From Rhodosorus marinus CCMP1338 (taxonomy: Eukaryota > Plantae > Rhodophyta): a DNA stretch of 248,000 nucleotides. Both the position numbers and the translations under genes were made by a program. The notes beneath the pieces are model-generated. The model was not told the DNA's origin. It saw nothing but the letters and a program-made list of their open reading frames with translations, and made no database searches. Position 1 is the stretch's first letter. Every line of letters begins with the position of its first letter. The DNA is taken from positions 1,260,001 to 1,508,000 of the forward strand of contig JAMWBK010000001.1 of the NCBI GenBank assembly GCA_029953675.1. Direction: 5' to 3'. Positions 235,847-248,000 of the stretch are shown piece by piece.

Positions 235847-238800
235847 ATGGTTGCTCTTAGGGGTTGTTGGTCACCTCTGGTTTTGTTGCTTCTGCTTGTG
235901 GCATCGAGATACTGTTCTTCTCTGAAGATGAAGGACTTCTGGAGGAAGAATGCCCAGCCCAGTTGCTCAACCTTTTTGTCCAGTGCTGACGTCGCCCGGC
236001 TTGGTGAGGATGGGGAGGTATGTGTAGACCTTTCCACAACTCCGTTTGATCGCCGTCGGCGTCCAGACCTTCCAGAAGTAATGGGAAGTGCCTGCGCAAC
236101 CTTGAACGAAGACAGGGACCAACTGGAAGTCAAGTTCCAAATACTTGATGGGGTTGGGGGTGACTTTGTGCTCAAGAGGACTCAGGGAGGTGTGTATATT
236201 AGGAAATCACATATTCCACGCAGCACCTCCCGAGCGTACAAGAAGAGTGTCTGGCATACCGGCCATGTGACAGAAGCCACCATGAGTTTCGACTTGACAA
236301 GCGTCCGCCACGATTGTTGCTCCAAGGGAATCCTGCTAGTCTTGAGAGCGATCGTTTATCCGAAATCAAATCCGAGATCCCGCTTTTTCCTCTACCCAGC
236401 TGAAGATGACAGCGGGACTTGCAAGAGAAACTATCGGAGCCGTGTGAGAACGTGCGTACTGGATGTTTCTTGCGAAGAAGATGAATGTGCAGCTCCCGAC
236501 GTGGACGCAACAACGTGTGTTCGAGCCATTTGCCCGGATACAACTTCTTCCGTCGGACCGGTTGTCTGTGATATTATCAATCAGTCCGTAGATACACCGT
236601 GTACTTTGTTTGGAGACTCGGGAGTACGTTTTTCAAATCAGCACTGCCTTGCTGAGCCTTCTGAAAATTTAGTCTTGGGGTTGCTCTATCTCTAGACATG
236701 GCAGTCGGACACTGCCGGAAACCATTGTGTCTGTGAACCCAACAACACCCCGGCGCCTTGTATTCTAGAAGGCGTGAATGTTGAGATCTTTCCAGGCGAT
236801 CGATGCTTTTTTGCAACGAACCCAAGTGAAATGGCCATTCGCACTTCCGCAAACGGTGAATGCGAGTGTACCGGGGATCCTCAGGCGGTCGTTTGTGGGC
236901 AAAGCTTGACTGGAGCGGAATGCCTTAGTAATTCCAATGCACCCGGGGTACGCGATTTTGCTGATTTTTTGGGAAGGTTTCCTGGACCGGTTGGTGCTCA
237001 CCTGATCCCTACTCGTATTTTGTCAAAATGAAGGTGTTCTTGAATATCGGGGTAAATGCCCAGGGTGGAGTAGAGGTAGGTCAGTGCAGAAAGAGAACCT
237101 ATCGAAGAGGAAGAACACACCTCATAATCGGACCGTGAACGTCTCCAACGGACTGCCAACAGTGCGTTTGCACAGGAGCCTGTGAATATCTCACCAACCC
237201 GGTATCGAATCCGAGTGCTGTTGCTGTTGGTCACATTGGACAAGAATGCAGCGCAGAGCTAGCTGGTTCGGATGTGAAACCTCCAGGGGTAAGTTATCCA
237301 CGCGCATATGAAAAGGTGTTGGAGGCCGAATAGTGTGTGTCTACTGAAGCTTCTCTTCATGGACTCCTCCGCTTTTGCCCTAGGTACTCGTTGACTCCAG
237401 ATTGGGAACCTGCTCCTGCCAGCCATTGGATTGGGCGCTCGATCTCCAGTGTGAGTTTGAGGAAATAGATTCTGACGGGTCCGTAAGTGTCGAGGAGGAC
237501 CGTGTCTATGAAGGATGTAGGATCGGTGGTAACACTCGAGGAGTGAGCAATCCAAAACACAAGCCGTGCTGACAAGACGAAGCGACATGGAGCAACAGCT
237601 CACCCTGTCTTTACTTCTGGGTTTCTAGGTCCTGATTCCGTCGAACGCGGATCCAGCTGTTTGTGACTGTGTACCGAGAGAGTCTTGTCAGTGTCCCTAT
237701 GGTCAGACGTGCCAGTATGCCGGTATGAATCCTGGCGATTCGTGCCAGACCGAGTTTGGCAATGGGGTATGGCCAGAAAGATAACAATTTCAACGAAATT
237801 TCCTGGCTTTTGGGAATTCTTACCAGTTCACGTGTCTGCCATAGTTCCTAGCACAAAGATCCGATAATGGTGGGTGCAATTGCAGAATCAATTGTGAGCT
237901 GGATTCACCTTGTGACGGGGACTGTGACGATTACACGTTTGGCTCATGTGAGATCAACGGCGTGAGAGGGGTAGGCGTCGTGAACCCGTTCGGAGACCTT
238001 GCCCATAAAGCTCTTCTAACTAGATAATTTTGTACGCCCGGGGAGTTAGTTTGTAATACCAACTTCAGAGGCTGGCGTATGCACTTGTGAGTTCTGTGAT
238101 CCTGGCCAGTGTGGGTATCCTGACCTTGGATGCATTCACGAAGGATCATCATGCACTGATCTTTCTGGTCGAGCGGACGTAAGTATATATAGAATCTGCG
238201 GGCTAGCTCTAGAAGCTCACGTACCCATGTGATATTTTTCTGCGCCATTCAAAATCTTTGCAAAGGTCCTCCTCCGCGACGTTGAGACAAGATGTACTTG
238301 TGGTTGTGACTTACGCATCGGATCCCAATTTTTGAGGAGGTCATCCGCCGGAAAAGCTTGTGGTCTAGATTTAGCCACTGGCGTGGTACGTCGGAGATAT
238401 CCAGTTGAATGTGCGGTTTGAGATGGACCCAGATGTTTTCCTCACATTTCTCGCCCTCTCTCGACACATGCGCAACACAGGTCGTGACTGGAAGCTCTAC
238501 TGGCTCGTGTGGTTGCCAAGTACAGAATTGCACTTCTTCAACCTGTCAGGGACCCGATTGTGAACCATTCGATGGCGTGATAGGAGAGACATGCGAATCA
238601 GAAACCGGCGTGAGTCGAAAATCTTCTAGTCGAAATATTCGATATCCAAAGTGATCGTCCCCTTTGACGCTTGTCCTGTTCTTAAACACCCGAGTGCAGA
238701 TCATCAAAATTCTTCCAGACGGTAGTTGCAAGTGTGAAAAGATTTGTAAGACGATCAACTGCGGCGACGGACAGGAAGATTGCACAGAGGAAGATTTCAT

Positions 238801-239340
238801 AGCAATTGTTGGCGATGTATGCTTTTCAAGCGGAGTGGGGGTTAGTGGATTTCTGGATTTTCAGACGCAAACGCTTGAGAATTAGACGGCTAACTTTCCT
238901 CTATATACTTTCCAACCAGGTCCTAGAACCTTCTTCAGATGTCGATGGTGAGTGTGACTGCGTTTCGATAACTTCGACAACCTGCGTTTTTGAGAGCGGA
239001 ACGCGGCTACCGCAGGCGGAGTTTCTAACGGGCGTGGCCGCTGGCAGTCCCGGCGATTCATGTACTGTATCCAGCGCACTCGGGGTAGGGAAGAAATTCG
239101 ACAAACTCCGACCTCGACAGCCTTTCGAAATGTGCTCACCTGCAAAGTACGATGCTTGGCGAACAGGTGGTCACCGGTGAGAATTCTGATCCTTTTTGCT
239201 TGTGCGAGCCGTTGTGTAAGGAAACATGCTTCCCAGTAGGTTGTGATACCTCATACGGTGTGTGCGACCCTGAGGCGCCCAACACAGTTGTCGGTGCGCG
239301 ATGTATCACAAGCTCTGAATCACATGGGGTAAGTGTATGA
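235847..239340 (+). pseudogene. Large secreted Cys-rich modular gene, frameshifted after ~280 codons
   Basis: Signal peptide; N-domain with a CC motif resembling the RTX-protein N-domain; then GD.C..G.C.C modules in shifting frames. Confidence 0.6.
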
Positions 239341-240144
239341 ATATGACGATAGGTGCTGCCCAGTATAACAATCTACGATTTTTTTCCGGCCATATTGCTC
239401 TTTTGCTGCACATCGTGCCTAGTGCTCCCCGGCTAAAGCGCTCGTATGTCCTTTTCATTGGAATTTAGACCTACAAGTATGTATCAGGATCGAGCGGTTT
239501 TTGTGAGTGTGTTTCATCGGGATAGTTTCGCAAACTCCAGATTCGGGCAGGGAAGATGGGACAACGATCATAACGCGGACGATGACTCAAAAGAGTCCAG
239601 CGCCTCATAATCTACAGGAGTTGCCGTAAACGTAGCTCATGAGTTATACAAATAGAATGACTAGTTGCGTAGCGATGCGCAGATCGTTGTTTATCCGCTT
239701 AAGTTTCCTGCTGTGGCGCATGAATGCCGCTTTGATGTTGGAGGCGCGAGTTCTTCGCCGCACTTAGTCTTTTTTTCCCCTCGGGTTTTTTTTTTTCAGC
239801 CTCCGATTAAACCATTCGTCGTCGTCGATCGATGCGGTTGCACGTAGTCGCCAGTAAAAACTAGTTGGGGGTTTTGAGATGTTTTTCGGTTGCAATTTGA
239901 TCCATATTTGGTCCGAGAGTGTTCTTCGTAGAAGGCGCACCTTCTGACTGCCTTCCCCCGGCTTTTTTCGGGTTTTGTTGCCTGTTGATGGTGAATCCTA
240001 CCTTCTTACCTTCGGGTTCGATCCTGGGTTTTCGGTCTTGTGGCGTTAGGTTGTGGGGTTTTTTTGGTCGGGTTCCGTTTCATAACATATTTTCGTGATG
240101 GCCGGGGTCCCTCCGCTCTCCACTCCCGAGGGCGCGGAGATCGC

Positions 240145-242000
240145 GCAGTAGATTCCGACTTTCAAAATCACCCTTACGTCTACGCGTCTCATACGTTCAC
240201 TACTTTGAAAGAGTGCCAAGACCTCCTCCCCAAGGGTTTGTGGCTCAGTACAGGGTGAGCAATGACCTCTCGGAGGCGATTCGTAGCTCGAAGAAGTTCA
240301 TTCTCGGAGGATACGTGAATGGAAATTGTACGCAAGTTAGCACAGCAGAGGACAACGTTTGCATTACTCATTCGGATCATACGATGGGAGGAATAATATC
240401 GGACCCGCAGGGACGAATTTGGATATCGGTAGGGGACTACGCGCGTGCGGACGATTTTGACAGGCCGAACGCGATGAGGGCTCAGGACGTCGACAGTCTG
240501 TACGGGAAGGTCCTCAGGGTAGATCGGAGTGGTAAAGGCCTACAAACCAACCCCTACTATGACGGTAATCCGGATGCGAACCGGTCAAAGGTGATGGCTT
240601 TGGGCCTTCGCAACCCATGGAACATCCATTGGGACGCTGAGCTTGGTACTCCATGGGTCGGTGATGTTGGAGAGATAACCCTGGAAGAGTTCAATCTGGT
240701 TCAACCGGGTGCGAACTTCGGGTGGCCATGCAGGGAGGCAGAGCTTGATCGCTTTCAGTTTGGCATCTTCGACGAGTGCATTGATCTGTTCAACAATATC
240801 CCGCCATCCTCGGGGGCCGTATGTGGGTACGAAAGTGAATCCAAAACTAAGCTACTCCCACCAGGAAGGTTCTGCGATTACTGCCGCATTGAGAGTCAAC
240901 GTCGAGGGTTGGCCTGACGCTTTCAACAACGCCGTGTACTACTGCGACTATTCCGGAAACTGGATACGGTACGTCAAGGTAGACGACGTCGGTAACGTGG
241001 TTTCTGCGCCTCTCGAGCTCGCCACAGGGGTCCCCGGACCGATCAACCTTCGACCGGGAAGCGACGGATGTCTTTACTACCTGGCTCTCGCTTCCAGTCA
241101 GATAGGCAGGATCTGTTACAGGGAGAATAATTCGCCGCCGGAGGTGGTTGGAATCGTACCGCCGCATGGGTTCATGGGCGTGGCTAGGTCGACGTTGGTT
241201 GAGGTGGCTGTAAGCAAGAAGGTGACCCCGGACTCGGCACAAGCGGCTATAGTTGTGGTAGAGACTGTATCCGGGGATGTTGTCGCAGGCCATGTGGAGC
241301 GGGATGACGTTAGGAACATTCTTACCTTTGTTCCAAGCGAGTTGCTGAAGGAGGACGCGCAATATACTGTGACTGTTTCTGGGTTGGTCGACTGGAAAAA
241401 TCTCTCCATGATAGGCGGGCTGACGAGTACTTTTTATACGGGCAGAGGGTTCGTCAAGTATGTTTCCGACCTTGCCCTGTCCGTGGATCCTACGCCCGAA
241501 TCGGTTTTCCGTGACACGGCGATTGATGGCGTGACTCCTATACTGATTCGCGGCAGGCGATTCAGAAAGGGCTTGAGTTTCGTCCCTGTTGCGCAAGTGG
241601 AGGTTCAAGTCCCCGCTGACTGCACGTCGATCGAAGGTTTCTACGGGATGGACGACACTGCAAGGTGGATCCTAGCGGGCGCACTCATCTTTACGATCGC
241701 TGTGGATGGCAGAATTGTGTACGACTCAGCCGTGGATGGACTCGGATTCCCCAGCAGAAAGTTCGATCCTGCGACCTTCTTCAATATGGATGTCGAGAGC
241801 GGGAGCACCTTGACGCTGGGAGGCGACTTTGGACGGAGACACGAGAATCAAGAAGACAATCGCGGAGCGTGGGCCGATGTCAAGTTTCGCTGAGGGAACA
241901 TAGACTACCAAAGGTAGAGTCCCTCGAGCCTGCTGACGGTGCGACTACTTCAATCGACCCGGTGATTCGCATTGCGTTGGACGCGCAAGCGCTGGTGCGC
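240145..242000 (+). pseudogene. Disrupted GSDH/NPCBM paralog (closest to copy 2)
   Basis: HTMGG, GLRNPW; frameshifts and stop at 241893. Confidence 0.85.
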
Positions 242001-242199
242001 GGAACTGAATCGAGAGCTATGCCGAGGTACGGCTCACTTGGCGATTCATGCCTTGCGCAAAGATAGTCATGTTCGGACGCTGTTCCCTATAGAAAGTAGT
242101 CTTCCACCCCACGTTGGAATAAACGGAAACAGTAAAACACATTTCCTAGTTCTTAGTTCCTTTGTCACGCCTTGCGTAGCGCTGGGGGTTAAGTAGACG

Positions 242200-245100
242200 A
242201 CTAGGATCGGGATTGGATTGGGAAGAAGTGGGGTTTTGAATCTTTTTCGGTCGCGAGCGTGTTCGTTTGTGGGTAGGGTTTCCTCTGGTAGTCCTTCCTC
242301 CTGCTTTTCCGGGGTGTGTCGCTTCTACTGCAACTTTCTCTCCCTCTCGTGGGGGTGCGTTGAGGAGATTTCCCCCTTTGGGTTGGGTGTGGTCAATTAT
242401 TCTCTACGTGAGGTTTTTTTGGCGATGCAACGTTTCCTTTGCACATCCTCTCAGGATGGTAGGGTATCTCCGAGCTCGACGGAGCCCCATAACGAGGAGG
242501 CACTGCCAGGTGGTGGACTCAGTGTTCGCCTCAGATGCGCGACCTCTAAGAGAGCCCCCGGAGGGAGAAAAGCGATTTTATGAGCGGAATAGCCCCGGGC
242601 ACCTTCTCTTCAGAGGTTGACTTGGAGGGCGCTTCTGGCACCCAGGTGCGTGCACTGTCTCAGCTGTCACCAGCCTGATCACGGCTGCGGGTGATCGAGT
242701 CGTGCTACCCCAGCTAAACCAGGGGCTCGGCTCGCTGGAATCGGGACTGGTTTCTTGGTGAAATTCAAACCCGAGTGATAGTTTGAATCTCAGAGTTGCA
242801 GCGGTTGCTGAAGGCAGTCAAAATCTTGCGGTCAGTCAAAAATGAACCTGTCCCGGGACAAGCGAGGGCGGTTAGGCCAGAGTGGGACAATGCGGTGTTG
242901 GGAAGTGGAACTCGGGGCCAAAACGAGCTTCAAGCGCTCGGGAACCGGACGCAACGGCGGTGGTGATTGTGAGGCAACCGGGTTGGCTGCGAATGAAGCT
243001 GTGTCTCCAGGCTTAGCAACCTTATCATCTGGAGCGGACTTCCCGGTCGTTGGCAGGCCCCGTGCGGGTCAACCGCCTCGGGCCCAGGCTGGTGTAAGTA
243101 ATCGCCCCAAGGCGGGGCCATCGTACAGTTCGGCGCTGCGGAAGGGCACCACTGCCGCCCGTACGGCGGCAATGACACGCTATTTGCCTCATAGGGAGCC
243201 TAAGGTTGGAACCACGGAAATCACTTCGCAATTTGTCTGGGTGCGGAACGTTCGGCCGCAGACAACCCGTGGGCAGGTGCCGAACATGCGCGATTTCCGC
243301 AAAACTTTCGCGGAATCCTTTGGCTGTAGTCGGGAAGAATTTATCTTTGCCAACTAGGAGGGTCGGGACGTTCGTTTGCTGCTCACAGCGAACACTTTGG
243401 GCTCACGTCGCGAGGATTTCATCTTTGCCAATACTGAGGGTCGAGACGGCTTGTTCATCGTCACTGCGAACGCGGCCACCTACCTCCAGGCATTACTGGC
243501 CAAGCCCACCGAATAGTGGCCTGAGAGCTCCCGCTGGTTGCATTCTCACCCTCAGGTCGCCCTTTTTTTCGCGTTCGACCGTTTCTCGGAACAATATCTG
243601 TCCCTGGGATAGACTGAAGGGCTCTCGGAGCAGGAGCGCAGCGTGAAGGCGACATCTATCCACTGACTGCGCATTCGACGCATGGAGAGGATCTTGTTGG
243701 AGAGGTTCCAGTCAGGGCCTCGTCACCTGCGCACAGACGTGGAGGCAGATCCCTCCAACACCCCCAGCCTCCATAGCTCTGCCTGGTCCTGCGAGGTCGG
243801 CACAAGGACGTATCGACCCTCAGTACTGGCAAAGATGAAATCCTCGCGACGACAGCCCAAAGATTCTCAAAAATTGTTCCGAAAATCGCGCATACTCGGA
243901 ACCTGGCCCTGGGTTGTCTGGGGCGTAAAGTTCCTCACCCAGACGAACTGCAAAAAAGTTTCGGGGGTGCCTACAACCCCAGACTACGGAACCTACAACC
244001 TCAAACTACGGGGTTAAACTACGAGACTCTCGCCCATGCCGATCGGCCGGAGACGCGGGTCGCCGGCTGGTGGTCGGCTTTCGTGAACAAACAAAGCTGT
244101 GCCCGTCGCAGTTGATCCCAGTGGGCACTCGCACTCCCTGCGCCCTGGAACAGCGTATTGAGTGTCTTCACCAGTGCGTTCTCGCCAAGTTTGCTCAAGG
244201 CCTGCAATAATTCCGTTATTAGCCCGGAGGGTCCAGGGCAGCGTCCACGACGGGAGGTCCGGAGAAAATCCTCCAAAACAGATTCTGGGTTTAAGTGGCT
244301 TTCTGAGCTGCAAACTCGGCGAAGGTTGGCCTTGTAGGGCCCTCCCCGATGGCTGGGAATGTCTCCGCATAGTGTCCTAGATCCCGGACACCTGTCCCTC
244401 CCCGGGGCGCGGGGAGCCGGGTTCCTAAATCATGGACGTCATAACTTCCTGGCAGTCGACCGTTACGGTAACGGGTTTCGGGGGCGAGGTGGTTGCCTAC
244501 GGCCTGTCGCGGGAGATCAGGCGGATATGGTGCAGAATTCGTAGTAGCGGCTCCACCTTCCCACATACCCGGTTTCCGGGACAACTCCGTAAGGCGTCCG
244601 GTGACGCCTTGCAGCTCTTGCGAGCTGTTGACCGGTGAGTACAGTTGAAAAACTGCTTTGTAGAAGTCTGTAATTTCGGACGCAGCGATGCCCAGGTCCT
244701 GGTAGCATCTGTCGAAGCTACGCAGTTGATGCAAGAATGTGGCTGCCGGGTCGGTTGCGGCTGCAGACTCGGTCCACGTTCTTGCTTGAACATCGCCTGC
244801 TTGTGGTTCCGTCGGTGCCTCCTGTACGTCGCCATCAGACTGGTGCTGGTGCCTTTACAAACCTTCCCAGGTGCCCAAGGGGTCCGGGCCCTGAATGACA
244901 AGAGGTTCGGGGTACGGCCCGCGTACCTCCCTCACAATCATCTTCGGACTCTCTTACGAACTTTTCCTTTTGTCTTCCTTACGAACTTTTCCTTTTGTCT
245001 TCCTTACGAACTTTTCCTTTTGTCTTCCCCCCAGACTAACGTAACCGTAAGCTTTACTGGGCAGCTGCCTACTGCAGCGCAACACTACGTCTAATCCTAT

Positions 245101-245800
245101 CTAGGGAGAAACTTATGGGAACCTCGCTACCGGGGTCTCATGCTACGTTCAAAAGAAAAAACAGGCACCAGCGGATTCTCCAACTGGTCCACGCGCAAAG
245201 CGCCTAGTGCTATCTCTGCATTACCTCGCCATCGTTGCCGTTTTATCTGGGATCTCACATCTCTCAGCTCCTCACTCCTGTGCAGTAAGTGTTTGCAGCT
245301 GTCGCGGAGAACTCCTGCGCCATTTGCCCCGTACGCCCAAACGTCTTTATCGCTATCGGGATGAACTTGTCATCCGGTTTCTCGATCACCATCGCTTCCT
245401 TGTAGTGAGCGATTTTCCACTTCTCCGCAGCTCTCGCCGCGTATCCGCTATCATCTTGGCTCCGCCGCAAATATTTTCCCTGTAATGGTGACACCACAGT
245501 TACATCCAGCGCATACCTTTGTTTGGTCCTCGGATGCCTAGCAACGATATCAGGTCGCAGTCCGTAGTTCTCGAAGTACCCCTCAGGTTCTTGCTCTACG
245601 TCCATGAAGTTCCATCGCCTCAGCCACCGTGCCAACTCTCTGCAGATTTCGTCGTGCCTACGTTGCCACAGTCCAGTTGATGTTGGGCAATGATGAAACC
245701 GTTGTACCCCAGTCCTTCCGTGTTTACTCTGGCAACTAGTGCACTTCTCGGTGGTCCGCAATCCCGGAATTGGCAGCCCCAGCAGTTGTCGAACGTTTAC
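242200..245800. mobile_element. Old family A-like ORF1/RT fragments and a family C 3' portion (245030-245800, -)
   Basis: FVWVRNVRPQT; RRGRCPGPSGL; C RLE and tail. Confidence 0.7.
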
Positions 245801-245809
245801 CTGCATCTC

Positions 245810-247150
245810 AACCGCACTCAATTTTTTCGGTGTCAGCGTTGGGATTTCACGCAGCCAGACTCCCGACCCGGGACGGTAGTTGCAAATGTAAAAAGATTTG
245901 TGAGACGATCAACTGCGGCGACGGACAGGAAGAATGCACAGAGGGAGAGTACATAGCAATTGTTGGCGATGTATGCTCTACAAGCGCGGGAGTGGGGGTT
246001 AGTGGATTTCTGGATTGTCAGACACAAACGCTTGAGAATTAGACGGCTAACTTTCCTCTGTATACTTTCCAACCAGGTCCTAGAACCTTCTTCAGATGTC
246101 GATCGTGAGTGTGACTGCGTTTCGGTAACTTCGACAACCTGCGTTTTCCATAACGGAATGCGGCTACCGCAGGCGGAGTTTCAAACGGGCGTGACCGCTG
246201 GCAGTCCCGGCGATGCATGTGCTGTATCCAGCGCCCTCGGGGTAGGGAAGAAAGTCGACAAAGTCGGACCTCGACAGCCTTTCGAACTGTGCTCACCTGC
246301 AATGTACGATGCTTGGCGAACAGGTTGTCACCGGGGGTGAGGATTTTGACATGTTTTGCTTGTGCGAGCCGTTGTGCAAGGAAACATGCTTCCCAGTAGG
246401 TTGTGATACCTCATACGGTGTGTGCGACCCTGAGGCGCCCAACACAGTTGTCGGTGCGCGATGTATCACAAGCTCTGAATCACATGGGGTAAGTGTATGT
246501 ATATGACGATAGGCGCTGCCCGGTATAACAATCTACGATTTTTTTCTGGCCATATTGCTCTTTTGCTGCACATCGCGCATAGTGCTCTCCGGCTAAAGCG
246601 CTCGTATGTCCTTTTCATTGGAATTTAGACCTACAAGTATGTATCAGGATCGAGCGGTTTTTGTGAGTGTGTTTCATCGGGCTAGTTTCGCAAACTCCAG
246701 ATTCGGGCAGGGAAGATGAACTTGATAAATCAGAGGACAACGGTCATAACGCGGACGATGACTCAGAGTCCCAGCGCCTCATAATCTACAAGAGTTGCCA
246801 TAAACGTAGCTCATGAGTTATACAAATAGAATGAGTAGTTGTGTAGCGATGCGCAGATCGATGCGGTTGAACGTGGTGGCCAGTAAAAACTAGTTGGGGT
246901 TTTTGAGATGTTTTTCGGTTGCAATTTGAGCCATATTTGATCCGAGAGTGTTCTTCGTAGAAGGCGCACCTTCTGACTGCCCTTCCCCCGGCTTTTTTCG
247001 GGTTTTGTTGTCTGTTGCTGGGGAATCTTGCCTTCTTACCTTCTGGCGGGTTCGATCCGGGGTTTTCGGTCTTGTGGCGTTGGGTTGTGGGGTTTTTTTG
247101 GTCGGGTTCCGTTTCATAACATATTTTCGTGATGGCCGGGGTCCCTCCCG
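245810..247150 (+). repeat. Duplicate of ~238640-240130 (Cys-rich gene 3' end and A2 5' UTR)
   Basis: Near-identical DGSCKCKKICETINC..ITSSESHGVSV and downstream sequence. Confidence 0.8.
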
Positions 247151-248000
247151 AGGATGCGGAGATCGCGCGGGCAGAGGTGTCCGTAAGGGGGTGGACACCG
247201 TGTGTCTCTCAGCTCGGGCCCTTTCTCCACGCAGGTGGTGTTGCAGGGTGCCTCTGGCACGCAAGTGCGTGCCCTACTCTCCGCGGTCACCAGTCTGATC
247301 ACCGCGGGTGATCGAGGGGTCCTTCCCCAGCTAACCCAGAAGCTCGGTGGGCTGGAATCGGGCCTACTTTCGGAAATCAAATTCGGGCGGTGATTTGAAT
247401 TCCACCGGTGTGTCAACGTTGGTTCAAGGCAGTCAACATCCGCAGGACAGTCAAAATAAACCTATCCCGGGACAGGCGAGGGCAACTGCGGGAGTGCGTT
247501 GTGGGGGCGTGGGCAAAAGGGCCAAACAGAGCTTCCGCGCTCCGGAACAGTGGGCAACGGCGGTGGTCGTTGTGAGTCCACTGGTTTCGAAGAACGTGAA
247601 GCGATGTCGGCTCCCTTAGCACTTCAAACATCAGGTGAGAACTTCCCGGTCCTGGGCAGGCCCTTTGTTGGCCAGCCTCGGGCCCAAGATGGAGTGAGTG
247701 ATCGGCCCAAGGCGTGACACTAGTACATAACGGCGCTCTGGAAGGGCACCACTGCCGCCCGTACGGCGGCTATGCTATGGTATTTGCACGCTAAAGAGCC
247801 TACAGGTGGACCGTCAGAAGTGCGACCCCCTAACGTAACCCCCAGACCCCCAGACGAACAGTTTGCTGTTCGTCTGGGTGCGCAACGTTAGGCCCCAGAC
247901 TACCCGGGGCCAGGTTCCGAGTTTGTGCGATTTTCGGAACGTTTTTGCAGAATCCTTGAGCTGTCCTCGAGAGGACTTCATCTTTGCCAATACTAAGGGT
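246890..248000 (+). mobile_element. A2 subfamily 5' UTR and degenerate ORF1 (runs off the window)
   Basis: FSTQVVLQGASGTQVRALLSAVTSLIT; NVRPQT. Confidence 0.7.

Overview
Eukaryotic nuclear DNA, most likely from a red alga. This is inferred from the few short GT-AG introns, a plastid ycf39-like insert, and the style of the secreted-protein families. The window behaves like an accessory compartment. Much of it is retroelement DNA, and nearly every host gene encodes a signal-peptide protein of a multicopy family. These families are: 3 germin/spherulin cupins; 6 intact and 2 broken ~1100-1270-aa genes with a bacterial-type PQQ glucose/sorbosone-dehydrogenase propeller + Big_5/Ig + NPCBM + PKD-like architecture; 6 intact and 1 broken RTX-repeat proteins; Cys-rich and Pro-rich proteins; and 2 unknown ~460-aa paralogs. 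The only obvious intracellular enzyme is one SDR. The dominant mobile elements are at least five families (my labels A-E) of non-LTR retrotransposons with a restriction-like endonuclease (CRE/R2-like); A, B and C have two ORFs. They carry family-specific tandem-repeat 3' tails. Family A prefers CT^A target sites, and copies of 3' tails, in one case from another family, recur at 5' junctions inside single TSD-bounded insertions, which suggests RT template jumping. Copia and chromovirus-type gypsy LTR elements, a segmental duplication and a 790-bp palindrome are also present. All family assignments are by eye from motifs; no database searches were run. Boundaries of degenerate elements are approximate.
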